Positions 29,465 to 41,955 of a stretch of DNA of 64,000 nt are shown one piece after another (positions within the stretch are counted from its first letter, which is position 1; every line of letters begins with the position of its first letter). A program made the translations under genes and the position numbers. The DNA comes from Eledone cirrhosa (lineage: Eukaryota): the NCBI GenBank assembly GCA_964016885.1, contig OZ024753.1, forward strand, positions 34,162,001 through 34,226,000, given 5' to 3'. The notes under the pieces are model-generated. The model did not search any database. It worked only from the letters and a program-made list of their open reading frames with translations, and had not been told where the DNA came from.

Positions 29465-29907
29465 ATACTTGGGGAGGGTCATATTTGTGTAATATTGCCA
29501 GAATTAATAACAGAACACACTCACTGTTTGGTTGGTTTTCGCTTCTCGCTGTCATTTATATCTGAATAAAAAATGGCGTAGACATACAACACAACAGGAG
29601 GAAAATATAACACCACTGACGATGTTGCAGATGTATGTAGATTATGTAAACTATATATATGTGTTTATGTCTATATTGTATCTGTAATATTTTTGACCGT
29701 CGGTCAGTCAATGGCAACTTTGAGGACCGAGTAAGCTAGATTGCAGATATAAAAGACAGCGAGAAGCGAAAACCAACCAAACAGTGAGTGTGTTCTGTTA
29801 TTAATTCTGGCAATATTACACAAATATGACCCTCCCCAAGTATAACAATATTTGTTTCGACACACGATTTCATATAAAAAACCTCGCTAAACTAATTCAT
29901 CGCCGCT
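29458..29907 (+). mobile_element. Fold-back element with about 110-bp inverted arms
   Basis: 29458-29566 is the reverse complement of 29744-29851. Internal CTGACGA is followed by a long hairpin. Same family as 9787-9910. Confidence 0.75.
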
Positions 29908-30037
29908 ATATATATATATAATAATAATAAATTTGAAGACTAAAATCCAAAGAGGGCTCGATAAGGATAAATATATATCAAATATATAAGAACCGTAGAG
30001 CAAATATCCAGTTCTGCGTTTACAGATTGACTTTGTT

Positions 30038-30088
30038 AGTTTCAGAAGATCCCGTTAAGGGTGAAAGCAGCGATTCTTTGCTTAAACT
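30038..30088 (+). ncRNA. Type I hammerhead variant (U4>A)
   Basis: AGTTT-CAGAAGA-TCCC-GTTAA-GGGT-GAAA-GCA-GCGATTCTT-TGC-TT^AAACT. All three stems pair. A partial inverted copy lies at 24050-24112. Confidence 0.6.
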
Positions 30089-30164
30089 TTAATCTGTTAT
30101 TTTAATAAATATATATATATATATATATATGCTAGCGTGGAAGATGGACGTTAAACGATGATGA

Positions 30165-30253
<89 letters not shown>

Positions 30254-30450
30254 ATTACTGGTATTATTATTATTATTATTCATACACAAAACATTTATCA
30301 CACTACCTTAGGTTTCAAAGCATAGGCGTGGAATGCATCTGCAGACTTGCACGTTAAATTCATTAGCAGGCTATTCGAACAACTAAAACTCTTGTCTTTG
30401 GAACTAGGGAGGTTCAACAATAACATATCTATACACACACACACATATAT

Positions 30451-30494
<44 letters not shown>

Positions 30495-30758
30495 TCATCA
30501 TCATCATCGTCATCATCATCATTTTACGTCCGCTTTTCCTTGCTTATATATATATAATACATTTTACTTATATATATAGTACATTTTGAGCATATAATGT
30601 CCCAAAATGTGACACATTATATTGAAGAAAGTTAAATGAAATACAAAGACATGCGATTAAATTTTTTTTTTTTATTATATAAAAGCGCCTTTTGTTTGTC
30701 ACTCTACTGATTCTACGAACAATTTCTATTTCCATTATAGTTATTAAGAAGGAATTAA

Positions 30759-31243
30759 AATTATAAATTGTCTCTCTGTGGAAAGACTGATCCCTGCATA
30801 TTTCTAACTGTTCTAAGAAATTACTTTTAATAAATTTTCATCAGGAGTCTAATATGCGCTCAAGGCAATGATTTTCATTTTTTTTTCTTCTCTATTGAGA
30901 AATGAAGCAAATGGAGGATTTGTATTTAATGTTGCTAGAAGCAATTTATGAAATGTTTCACTGAGATATATAAACTAAGTGATTCCAACGAAAATGGCCG
31001 AGGTATGAAGTATTGGCTGTTTAATTTTATCAGTCAGTGTTTCAATCAGAAGACAAAGATTCACTGCCAGAAATAATATTCTTGTTAAAAGTCAGGCAAA
31101 TAAATATATATATATATATATCATCATTTTATTTCATCATTTTATGTCCGCTTTTCCCTGCTTGCAAGTTTATTAAAAGTAATTTCTTGGAACAGTTAGA
31201 AATATGCATGGATCAGTCTTTCCACTGTGAGACAATTTATAAT
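30759..31243. repeat. About 75-bp inverted repeat pair (MITE-like or fold-back)
   Basis: 30759-30834 (..GTGGAAAGACTGATCC..TTTTAATAAA) is the reverse complement of 31169-31243. Confidence 0.75.
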
Positions 31244-31247
31244 TCGC

Positions 31248-31474
31248 TTCGAGGATGCACCCTAATTTTGGCAACCAAAAATTTGAAAAAAAATAATTGT
31301 TTCTACTTTTGGCATAAAGGGCCGTAACTCTATGCATGGTGTCTGATGCTCTACCGATACTGCCAATCCACCGAAAAAAAACTAATAAACAACCTTCAGC
31401 CTCCAGGACGCACAGTAGAATTTTGAGACTTATTTTAGGAAAAAAGTAATGTCTTCGATACCGGGAAATACGGT
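31248..31474. mobile_element. pogo/Tigger-like MITE remnant interrupted by a deleted family A SINE (31292-31372)
   Basis: Ends in CGGGAAATACGG-TA, a pogo-like TIR end with TA. Confidence 0.4.
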
Positions 31475-32397
31475 ATGTGTGTTTGCATGTATGTAAGTAT
31501 GTGTGTGTGTTTGCAAGTGTGTAAGTATGTGTGTGTGTAAGTATGTGTGTGTGTTTGTTTGTTTGCATGAGTGTAATTATGTGTGTGTATGTGTGTATGT
31601 GTATGTGTTTGCAAGTGTGTAAGTATGTGTGTGTGTTTGCATGTGTGTAAGTATGTGTGTATGAGTGTATGTGTTTGCATGAGTGTAATTATGTGTGTGT
31701 ATGTGTGTATGTGTATGTGTTTGCAAGTGTGTAAGTATGTGTGTGTGTATGTATCTATGCATGTGTTTGAGTGTTTGTGTAATACTTGGCCATTTAAGTC
31801 CTGAATATGAAATCTTCTTTGACATGTCAATGTTTTTATTATACAATCGTAAGATGAATTGAATTGAACTGAGGGCGTATTTTTCTTTATTAACTGACAT
31901 TTAATGATCAGTGTGGGAATAGAGAGATGTATTGCTAATCAATAATAAAACAGCAACTGCCATTGTAATTAATGAGCCATGAACGAATCGATTGGGAATT
32001 TATTGCAAATCTTCTTCTTTATTATTATTTCCAATCAACATTCCCAGGATTAAATAGTACACGTTAAATATTAACACTAGAAATAATTGTTTTTGAAGAA
32101 TGGAGGAAAAGTGAAGAATGTACTGCGGTACATTACTGTTATTAGTGATGTTGGTGGTAGTAGTAGTAGTAGTAGTGGCGGTGGTGGTGGTGGTGGTGGT
32201 AGTAGTAGCAGTAGTAGTACTTGTAGTAGTAGTAGTGGAAGTAGCAGTAGTAGTAGTAGTAGTACTCTTTATAACATTGCGCATCGTCACTGCATTAGCG
32301 AGCGTAATTCTGTACACCTTGGGTGTGTGCAGCAGGGTTTTTCTTTTTGGTGTTGTTGTTTCTACTGTATTGAAAGAACTCTTTGTAATTATTTTCA

Positions 32398-33015
32398 TTG
32401 GATTGACAGTATTGGTAGAGTGTTGGACAACATGCATTGCAGCACAGAGTTACGGCCCTTTATGTTCTAAGTTAAAATCCTGCTGAGGTTAGCTTTGCCT
32501 TTCATTCTTACGGGGGTCGATAAAATAAAGTACCAGTCACGCACTAGGGTCGATTTAATCAACTTTCCCTCCCCAAAATTGCTGGCCTTGTGCCTATGTA
32601 AGAAACCATTGTCATTGGATTGACAGTATTGGTAGAACGTTGGACAACATGCATTGCATCACAGAGTTACGGCCCTTTAAGTTCTGAGTTAAAATCCCGC
32701 TGAGGTTAGCTTTGCCTTTCATTCTTACAGGATCAATAAAATAAAGTACCAGACATGTACTGAGGTGTATTTAATTGACTTTCCCTCACCTAAAATTGTT
32801 GGCCTTGTGCCTATGTAAGAAATCATTGTTATTGTTCAGTATCGGTAGAGCGCCAGACACCATGCTTTGCAGCATAGAGTTATGGCTCTTTATGTTCTGA
32901 GTTCAAATCCTGCCGAGGTTAACTTTGCGTTTCATCCTTACAGGGTCAATAAAATAAAAGACCAGAAATGCACTGGGGTAATTGCTGGCCTTGTGCCAAA
33001 AGTAGAAATAATTAT
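32398..33015 (+). mobile_element. Three head-to-tail family A SINE copies
   Basis: Units start at about 32398, 32616 and 32837; the first two share private variants. Confidence 0.85.
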
Positions 33016-33634
33016 CGTTATTATTTGTTTTAAAGTGTTTACTGTATATTTATCTAAAATCTTACATCTTGATTTTATATTAGAACCATTGTTAACCCAT
33101 TTAACACCAACCCACCCAAAACCAGCTCTGGTTCTATGAAACAAAACCACCCCATTTTAAATGGTTCCTATTTAAGTTAAAACCTTCCAACCTAATTTTT
33201 AGTAATCAAATAACTAATAATTTTAGTAAATCCCTTAAAATCTTTCATTAGTTAATTGAAATAAAATGTATTCGATTAGAAATGTGGTAATGAAAGTGTT
33301 AAATTAGGCTCCAAACTTCAGCTTGATAATGAAAGTTATTTTGTTAAATACTTTCAAATTCTTGATTATTTTCCAAATTATTTTAAAAACATTGGCAGTA
33401 TTTTTTTTCTTTAGAATGAGCAAAGCAGAAGGGTTAATAGGTTCGTTCGGAAAGCTACTGTGAAAAGGAATTTTAGACTTTCATGAGTAAATCTTCGCCA
33501 GTTAAATTTATTTACATCTTATAGATGCAGCATATCAGCAGCTCCCAGCCTGGGCCAGCGGGCATTTGAAGGTCAACGAAGGGTCATTGAGTTAAATAGA
33601 AACTTCTAAGTACATTGTTGAAAATATAATATAT

Positions 33635-33965
33635 GTGCATGAACGACCAAGTATAGATGAGTTGAGAGTGAAACTGTGTATAAGAGGGATAAACTGTAAT
33701 GTGCGGGACAGAAGACTGCGTTGGTATGGACATGTGGTGCTCATGGAAGATGACCACTGGGTGAAGAAGTGCCAAGAAATTCCGGTGGAAGGAAGACACA
33801 GTAAAGGAGGACCACGAAAAACATGGACCAAGGTGGTGAGGGCTATCCTCAGATTGCTGAAGCTCACAGAGGAGATGACGAATGACCGTGACAAATGGAG
33901 TGCTGAAAAGGACCCGTCCCACCCTTGCAAGAAAGGAAAAGTGGATGTAAAAAGATGATGATGGT
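33635..33965 (+). pseudogene. 5'-truncated RTE LINE 3' end
   Basis: RRLRWYGHV..MEDDHWVKKC..VEG...GGPRKTW..VV...DRDKW, followed by a (GAT)n tail. Confidence 0.88.
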
Positions 33966-34146
33966 GGTGGTGGTGATGTAAAGTTTGGAAATCAAATCAA
34001 ATATTTAAAGCTTCTCTTCAAATTTCAATTCACTATGATGATATTCTAAATATTGATTATTGATCTGTATTTTAGATATACTATGATGCTGTTAATAGTT
34101 AGTTGGTATAGGAAGGTGTGAAATAGAAATAATCCCGTGATATCTG

Positions 34147-34183
<37 letters not shown>

Positions 34184-34487
34184 AAGTGTGTACTTAATTA
34201 CGTATATATGTATATACGTACATATATATGCTTACACACTCATACACATACATACATATATATATAGACATACACATATACTTATATATATACAGAGAAA
34301 GAGAGAATCAATCCCAATACTGGACTGATACTTTATTTCTTGTACCAGAAAGGATGAGAGATAAAATTGGCCTTGGTCGAATTTGAACTCAGAGTGCAAA
34401 AAGCTTGACCGAATACTGCCAAGTGTTCTCTTCAACATTCAAACGACTGCCAATTTGCAGCTCCTATAAAAAAATATATATATATAT

Positions 34488-34832
34488 GGAGGCACATGGC
34501 TTAGTGGTTAGAGCATTGGCCTTGCAATCAAAAGGTTGTGAGTTCAATTCTAAGACTGGGTGATGTGTTGTTTCCTTGAGCAAGACACTTTATTTCACAT
34601 TGCTCCAGTTTACTCAGCTGTAGAAATGAGATGATAGGGACTGGGGTCCCTATCATTCCACTGCAAAGTGGTCGTGGAGGTGCCATGGCAAAAAAGCACC
34701 CAGCACTCACTGTAAATGAGGTTGGTGTTAGGAAGGGCATCCAGCTGTAGAAATCAAGCCAGAATCAGTTCCCGTCCCACCCTTGCAAGCAGGGAAAAGT
34801 GGACGTAAAATGAAATGATGATGATGAAATGA
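34488..34832 (+). mobile_element. CORE-like SINE (family B)
   Basis: Full-length copy. Confidence 0.9.
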
Positions 34833-37358
34833 TATTACTCATTATTATTATTATCTATGTTTTAAAGCTGGTGTTGATAGGCTGGGAAGATATAGCAAAA
34901 TGAATAACCTTCTTTGAAATATCATATTTACGAGTAGTATCTCATTCAGTCTGGTTCCTGTCATTACGATATTAACTGAATGAAGGTCATTTCCTGTTCA
35001 CATTTCAGCTTTTATATGAAACCATAGAACTTGTGCTATCAATAATGATGGCAATATCATTGATTGTATCTAATTTTGAAGTCCAACATTGGTATGATAT
35101 ATATACCAGGATTGCCAGATATATAATAATAATGAAATTATTGTGTACAGTGCTCAGGTACACTGAACTATCATACAAACTGGGAAATTTGCCTTTTGAT
35201 AAACGTATGGTTTGCATAAAAGAAACCCTATATTCTATGTTGATTACTGACACATGGAAAAGATTGTAGTTTTAAATGATATATTAATAATATATTTCTT
35301 ACAAGCAGGTAAAAGGGGACGTAAAATGATGATGATTTCTAGGATATAATCACATTCTGAGCTCAGGCATTTTAATAATAGGGGCCCCAGTTGTATCATG
35401 AAAGGCAACATGAAATGAAGCGTCTTACTTAAGAACACAATGCGCCGTAAGGTCCAAGAATCGAACCTACTACCTTCTGATTGGGAGTCCAACATCCCAA
35501 CCACTGAAGTTGATGTAATCGACTTTTCTTTCCATGCCAAAAAAAAAAATCGGTGCTTTCAAAAAGCTTTCATCAATAAACCCAAAGATTTAGAAATTAT
35601 CATAGAGAAAATATGGCTGTTGGGACATCTATATGTTGTTACCTGAGGGTATTCAGCAATGTAAATGAACCGTATTTAAGCCTCATCAAACTACATAAGA
35701 AAATACAATAAAACTGATATGGCAACATCTAACTCTGAACAATTATCAATATTGATATCTATTGACACAGATATCTTCATCATTTATATCACCATAGACA
35801 TTACAACCATTAATAATGATGTTAGTTCCATCAAAATTACTGACATTGCACTGGGTAATTGCTGGCCTTGTGCCTAAAGTAGAAACAATTATTGTTATTC
35901 CCAAGGGTAGTGGGTTAGCACAATCATTAGAGCATCGTCAGACAAATGTGTAGCAGTAATTGTACCGGCTCTTTATGGTCTGAGTTCAAATTCTACCTAA
36001 GTCAACTTTACCTTTAGTGAAATATTCGACCCCCCCAATACTGAACTGGTACTTTTTTTATCAACCTCGAGAATGAAAAGCAAAGTTTACCTTGGCAAGA
36101 TTTGAACTCAGAGTGCCAAAACAAATACCGCCAAAGCATTCTGTCCGACGTTCTAATAATTTCCAATTCGCTGCCTTCAAGTGAGAAGAGAAGAAAGCAG
36201 TCAAATAATTCACCAAAAAATCTTCAAAATATTTAACCATGTCATGTGAGAAAGTTAAAAGTTATCATTATACCGGTTTCTTATTAGATTCAAAGTTGGA
36301 AAATCTAATCACTTTTACGACATTTGGAAATATATCACAGGACAAAATAGCATCTGTCATTGAATTGAATAGAAAGTTTTGTAAATTTCTATTTAAAAAA
36401 CCTAAACCAATTTTCCTATTTCCAAAGTTTAGTTTACTTTCAAAATGGAAAAATAAATGCTATTTTACCTATTTTATCTACAGGAATCAATCTTTTCCTA
36501 TAATCTCAAGTATTGAATCTTTGGTAATAATAAAATAGTCAAGGAGGGGAATATAGATTAGTGCTGTGAAATGGATCTCCGTCAGTTTCAATGATGAGTG
36601 CTCCAGTTATTCGATCAACAGAGCAGCCTGTTCATGAAATTAACGTTTTTCCCTAACAAGAATCTTTTTTTTATTTAAAGGAAGTTTCCATGGACCTTAG
36701 AATTACAATGACTACAGTGAAATCAAGGTGCAACTGTAACTAGAAGCTCTGAATACAGGGATGTGTATTGTACACTTTGCTTTACACACATAGTCCACAA
36801 ACTTCATATATATATTTATATGTGTGTGTGTAATATTGGATTTAGAATTGCATTAGATAGTCTGCTGCAAGGTGGAATTAAAGAAGTGAAAACACATGTA
36901 AACTAAAAACAGATTTTCCACTTTTGTCTTAGACTTTTATATTTTGGCTTTAAAAAACCATTATCAAGGTCAAACGGAGATTGAGTTTAGCTTTGATCTG
37001 CACAGATATAAAGGATGTTGTTGTTGGTGGTGGTGGTGCTACTGGTTGTGGTACTGGTGTTGCTGCTGGTGGCTTTGATGTTACTGCTGTTGATGGTGGT
37101 GGTGGTTTTGGTGGTTGTGGTTGTCGTTGTTAGCGGGGGGGGGGGGGGGCTGTTAGTGGCGGTGTTGCTGCTGTTGGTGGTGGTGATGGTGTTGTTATCA
37201 TATGTGAAGATTGGTAGTGTTTAGTGTTTAATTAGCCAATTAGCATTGTACAACTTTAGTTTGTTGTTGAAGTCAGACTTTCATTTCAATTTTTTAATGA
37301 GAATGTCCAATTTATTTCTCAAATTATACATACATGCACACAAAGGTTTGTGTATATA

Positions 37359-37399
<41 letters not shown>

Positions 37400-37402
<3 letters not shown>

Positions 37403-37499
37403 GGTGTCCTAAAAAATGTATACTTACTTTGATTACCTGTACAGGCTATGTTTATTAGAATGCTGTTGAAGTGTGTATACATTTTTTTAGGACACCCTG
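37400..37499. mobile_element. Tc1/mariner-type MITE (100 bp)
   Basis: TA-CAGGGTGTCCTAAAAAATGTATAC...GTATACATTTTTTTAGGACACCCTG-TA terminal inverted repeats in a (TA)n site. Confidence 0.9.
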
Positions 37500-38226
37500 T
37501 ATATATATATATATATATTATATACATATATTCAACCATTGGTTATGTATTTTGGGATATATTATGGTATTCATTTTTCTGTAATATTATATTTTCATAA
37601 CTTTGAAGATGCTCTTCATAATATTTTATAATAATACAAAAGACAACAAAATGTCTATTAATCTTCAAAAGATTGTCAACATGTTTGAAGGAGAGAGAAC
37701 ATAAATATTTCTTTATTCTTTCATTAACAGAATGTTGAAGACTGCCATAACTGTGAATATGGTGGTAGGTTTTAAGGTCAAGCGCTTGTCATTAGTGATT
37801 AAAGAAAAAGTAATTAAATTTTTGATGAATTACCTTACATGGCGAGAAAGTAAGACATCAATGTATAAGTTCTAATAAAAAGTGAGCTGGAGGGTAAAGG
37901 TTTAAGCTGGGGTTTTTTTAGCTGGACGGTCGCCGTCAGTTCGTGTCCATGTTATTTCACAGGAAACATTTTTGGACATGTGTATATCTATGTATGCTTT
38001 ATTTTTTTTACATTTTATAAGTATTTTAAACATGTAGACTTATGCACAAAATTAGATTTAGAACTGCTCAAAATTAGATTTAGAACTGTATAAAATTAAA
38101 TTTAGAACTGCACACATATATATATATATATATATATATTATCAAAGATTAGTATGGTTCGTTGATTACTCAATGAATACAATAGATTAGAAGCACTCAA
38201 CAGAAACGTTTTCCTGGAGTTTTAAT

Positions 38227-38521
38227 ATTATTCAAACAAATGAAAAATATTCTCATAATCAAAATATATACTTTATTATATATATTTCAAAGGTACTGTG
38301 TTGTTTTTTCAGTACGTCCTCATCAGACAAAATATATGACTGCCAATACTGGCATTGTATAATCAAGACCGTAGCGGTATGTCATATATCAAATCATATA
38401 TTTTGTCTGATGACGACGTACTGAAAAAACAACACAGTACCTTTGAAATATATATAATATATATAATAAAGTATATATTTTCATTATGAGAATATTTTTC
38501 AAGTTAATATTTTGAATAATA
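38227..38521. mobile_element. Fold-back element with a hammerhead in each arm
   Basis: Inverted arms at about 38227-38339 and 38394-38521. Confidence 0.8.
38266..38337 (-). ncRNA. Type I hammerhead ribozyme with 11-bp stem I
   Basis: ATATATTTTGT-CTGATGA-GGACGTACTG-AAAAAACAACA-CAGTACCTTT-GAAA-TATATA-TA^ATAAAGTATAT. The plus-strand mirror at 38396-38475 has a 9-nt duplication in stem III. Confidence 0.72.
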
Positions 38522-38924
38522 TATATATATATATAGAGAGAGAGGGGGAGAGAGGTACAAATGTATACATACATACATTCATACACACATACATACATAG
38601 ATATGCAGCAATCTGTTTGCAATTTGATCTCTCCTCGTTTGTTATGCAAGTCAAGTGTGAACTGTTTGCTCGTCTTTATAATGTCTTCTCATGTTGTAGT
38701 TTGTCGAATCACAGGAAATCTATATCCGGCTCTAAGGAAGTAGACTTAAGAGTTTACAAATATTTTAAAAGTGTACTTATACATAGACCCTAACTTTATA
38801 ACCAATTTCTTTCCCGGAATAGAAATATTTATTTTTAAAATAGCTGCTTTCCTACCTCGATTATTTATTCAGGAAATCAATCAGATATAAGGTATTGTTA
38901 ATCTTGTAGCCTATCGCTATGGTA

Positions 38925-38955
<31 letters not shown>

Positions 38956-38990
38956 TGTGTATATATATATATATATATATGTATGTATGC

Positions 38991-39047
<57 letters not shown>

Positions 39048-39117
39048 CATACATTTATATATATACATATATATATACATACATATATATATACATACAT
39101 ATATATATACATACATA

Positions 39118-39176
<59 letters not shown>

Positions 39177-39272
39177 ATATATATACATACATATATATAT
39201 ACATACATATATATACATATATATACATATATATACATATATATACATATATATATATATACATATATATAC

Positions 39273-39311
<39 letters not shown>

Positions 39312-39494
39312 CATACATATATATATATATACATACATATATATATATACATACATATATATATATATACATACATATATATATATATACATACATATAT
39401 ATACATATACATACATATATATACATATACATACATATATATACATATACATACATATATATACATATACATACATATATATACATATACATAC

Positions 39495-39561
<67 letters not shown>

Positions 39562-40090
39562 CATACATATATATATATATATACACATATATACATGTAT
39601 ATATATAATCAAATAGTCAGACCTAAAATCTATATTGTCTGCTGCTCTTCAGTTGTCGGAATCCTGGCGTGATAATTGATACATCGATCTTCTCCTAAGA
39701 TATTAATTTGGTTCTCAATTACATATAAGTAGATTCTTTAACTACCCCCAGCCAGTCATAATCGATGTTCTTGCAAAAGTCATGCATACAATTCCAATCA
39801 AAATATCTTAGTTTTCTGACTTTTCTTTTTATGTCATTTATCACTGCTAGAGAGAGAAAATATATATATAAATATATATATATAGACTTAGCACTTTCCT
39901 GTAAACATTTGCTATTATGCCTCATATCATGTTACCATATTTTATCTGATGAGAACACAATTTTTGTCCCAGGATGATTTTGTATTCGAAATGCGCATAA
40001 TAAAATATATGGAAGTCTTTTAACCATCTTTTAATTTCTTCTTTATTAAATATATATATATATAATATATATATATATATATAATATATA

Positions 40091-40208
40091 TAGGAAAAGA
40101 GTCAGGACCCCGGCGGCTGAGCTCCAGCCATTTCGACAACTAGATCCGAACAGTTCGAGTATTCTGGTGCATTATGGTCCACCTGGTTCCTTACCACACT
40201 TCCTTCGT
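40091..40208 (+). mobile_element. Second copy of the 7.5-kb family: inverted hammerhead half plus tail
   Basis: AGGACCCCGGCGGCTGAGCTCCAGCCATTTCGAC joined to GGTGCATTATGGTCCACCTGGTTCCTTACCAC. Confidence 0.7.
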
Positions 40209-40234
40209 GTATATATATATATATATATATATAT

Positions 40235-40562
40235 ATCATCATCATTTTACGTCCGCTTTTCCCTGCTTGCAAGGGTGGGACGGGAACTGATTCTGGCTTG
40301 ATTTCTACAGCTGGATGCCCTTCCTAACACCAACCTCATTTACAGTGAGTGCTGGGTGCTTTTTTGCCGTGGCATCTACACGACCACTTTGCAGTGGAAT
40401 GATAGGGACCCCAGTGCCTATCATCTCATTTCTACAGCTGAGTAAACTGGAGCAATGTGAAATAAAGTGTCTTGCTCAAGGAAACAACACATCACCGGCC
40501 TGAGAATTGAACTCACAACCTTTCGATTGCAAGGCCAATGCTCTAACCACTAAGCCATGTGC
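40235..40562 (-). mobile_element. CORE-like SINE (family B)
   Basis: Near-identical to the other family B copies. Confidence 0.9.
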
Positions 40563-40596
40563 TTTCAATGATGATGATATATATATATATATAAAG

Positions 40597-40880
40597 GGTG
40601 TGAGTTTGGATTCTCGGTGATGTGTTGTGTCCTTGAGCAAGACACTTTATTTCACGTTGCTCCAGTATACTCAGCTGTAGAAATGAGTTGCGATGTCACT
40701 GGTGTCAAGCTGTATTGACCATAGCCTTTCCCTTAGACATCATCGGTGGCGTGGTGAGGGGAGGCTGGTATGCATAGGTGACTGATGGTCTTCCTCAAAC
40801 AACCTTGCTTGGACCTGTGCCTTGGAGGGAAACATTCTAGGTGCAAATCACATGATCATTCATGACCGAAGGGGGTCCTT
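40597..40880 (+). mobile_element. CORE-like SINE, third 3'-domain variant
   Basis: The core matches family B; the 3' part GGGGAGGCTGGTATGCAT...CATGACCGAAG also occurs at 22081-22230 on the minus strand. Confidence 0.75.
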
Positions 40881-41343
40881 GATAGATAGATATCAAAATA
40901 AGAGACTATTATCATAAGAATAGAGGAGAAGGAACTATGATATAATATATTAGATGCCTTTAGCTGAAGCAAAGTGTGCTCAATGCTTATAAATGCAAGG
41001 TTAAATATTACAGTGGAATTAATATTTAAGGAGAGTTATGTGCAGAAGATAAGCAGAGCGGGTATGAACATAAATATATGGTGAAGAAAGCAAGACATTT
41101 AAAAACAGAATTTATTTCTTATATGGTGTTTCATCTTTAAGTACATTTATTCTTATATGGTGTTTCATCTTTAATACAGTAGGTAGACATATATGTATAT
41201 ATGTATATAGGTAGACATATATGTATATATTCCACCATAGAGAAAAATTTCTGTCTTTAAAGATGCCAGATAGTACTTAAAGACAAAACATAGTGTAAAA
41301 AATAAATTTTAAATGTCCTGCTTACTCCATCATATATTTCTGC

Positions 41344-41374
<31 letters not shown>

Positions 41375-41955
41375 TATATATATATACAAATGGCATTGAG
41401 AAAGTGTTGAGTGAAATTCATTGCTTAAACTATTAGATATATATAGTATGCCAGCTTTGTGTGGTCCCGGGTTTAATACCACTGCCTGATATCTTCAGTA
41501 AGTATTATTTTATCCTTTACCATGTCTTCGGGTTGATTGGAGCCTTGGAAATGAAATTGAGTAGACAGAAAATTTGGGATGCCCATCAGATGTAGAGTAT
41601 CTCAAAATGTAACGCTACTCAAAAGGCTGATTTTGTCACCCACTGTATCATGCTGAATCTTCCTGAGAATTACTTTAAGTGTACACATGTCTGTGAAATT
41701 ATCTACCACTTACATGATAATTGCATGAGTAGGCTGTTCCTTTGATTGAATAACTGGAATACTCACCATCAATACCAATGGGAGCCCATTCTATGTATAA
41801 GGTCAGGGGAGAGGTTTCCTGAAGTTTACCATCAGATCACGACCATAGACAGGCAAAAGAAGAACCCTATTAGCCATCAAATAGAGAAACTTAATGCCTG
41901 AAAACTGAAAATTGATGAAGTTGCATATAATAAAGGGATTGGAGATGATTTCAAC

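Noticed and set aside
35010-35269. Open frame of about 85 aa after a TTTCAG acceptor
   Set aside because: No recognisable domain; its length is compatible with chance.
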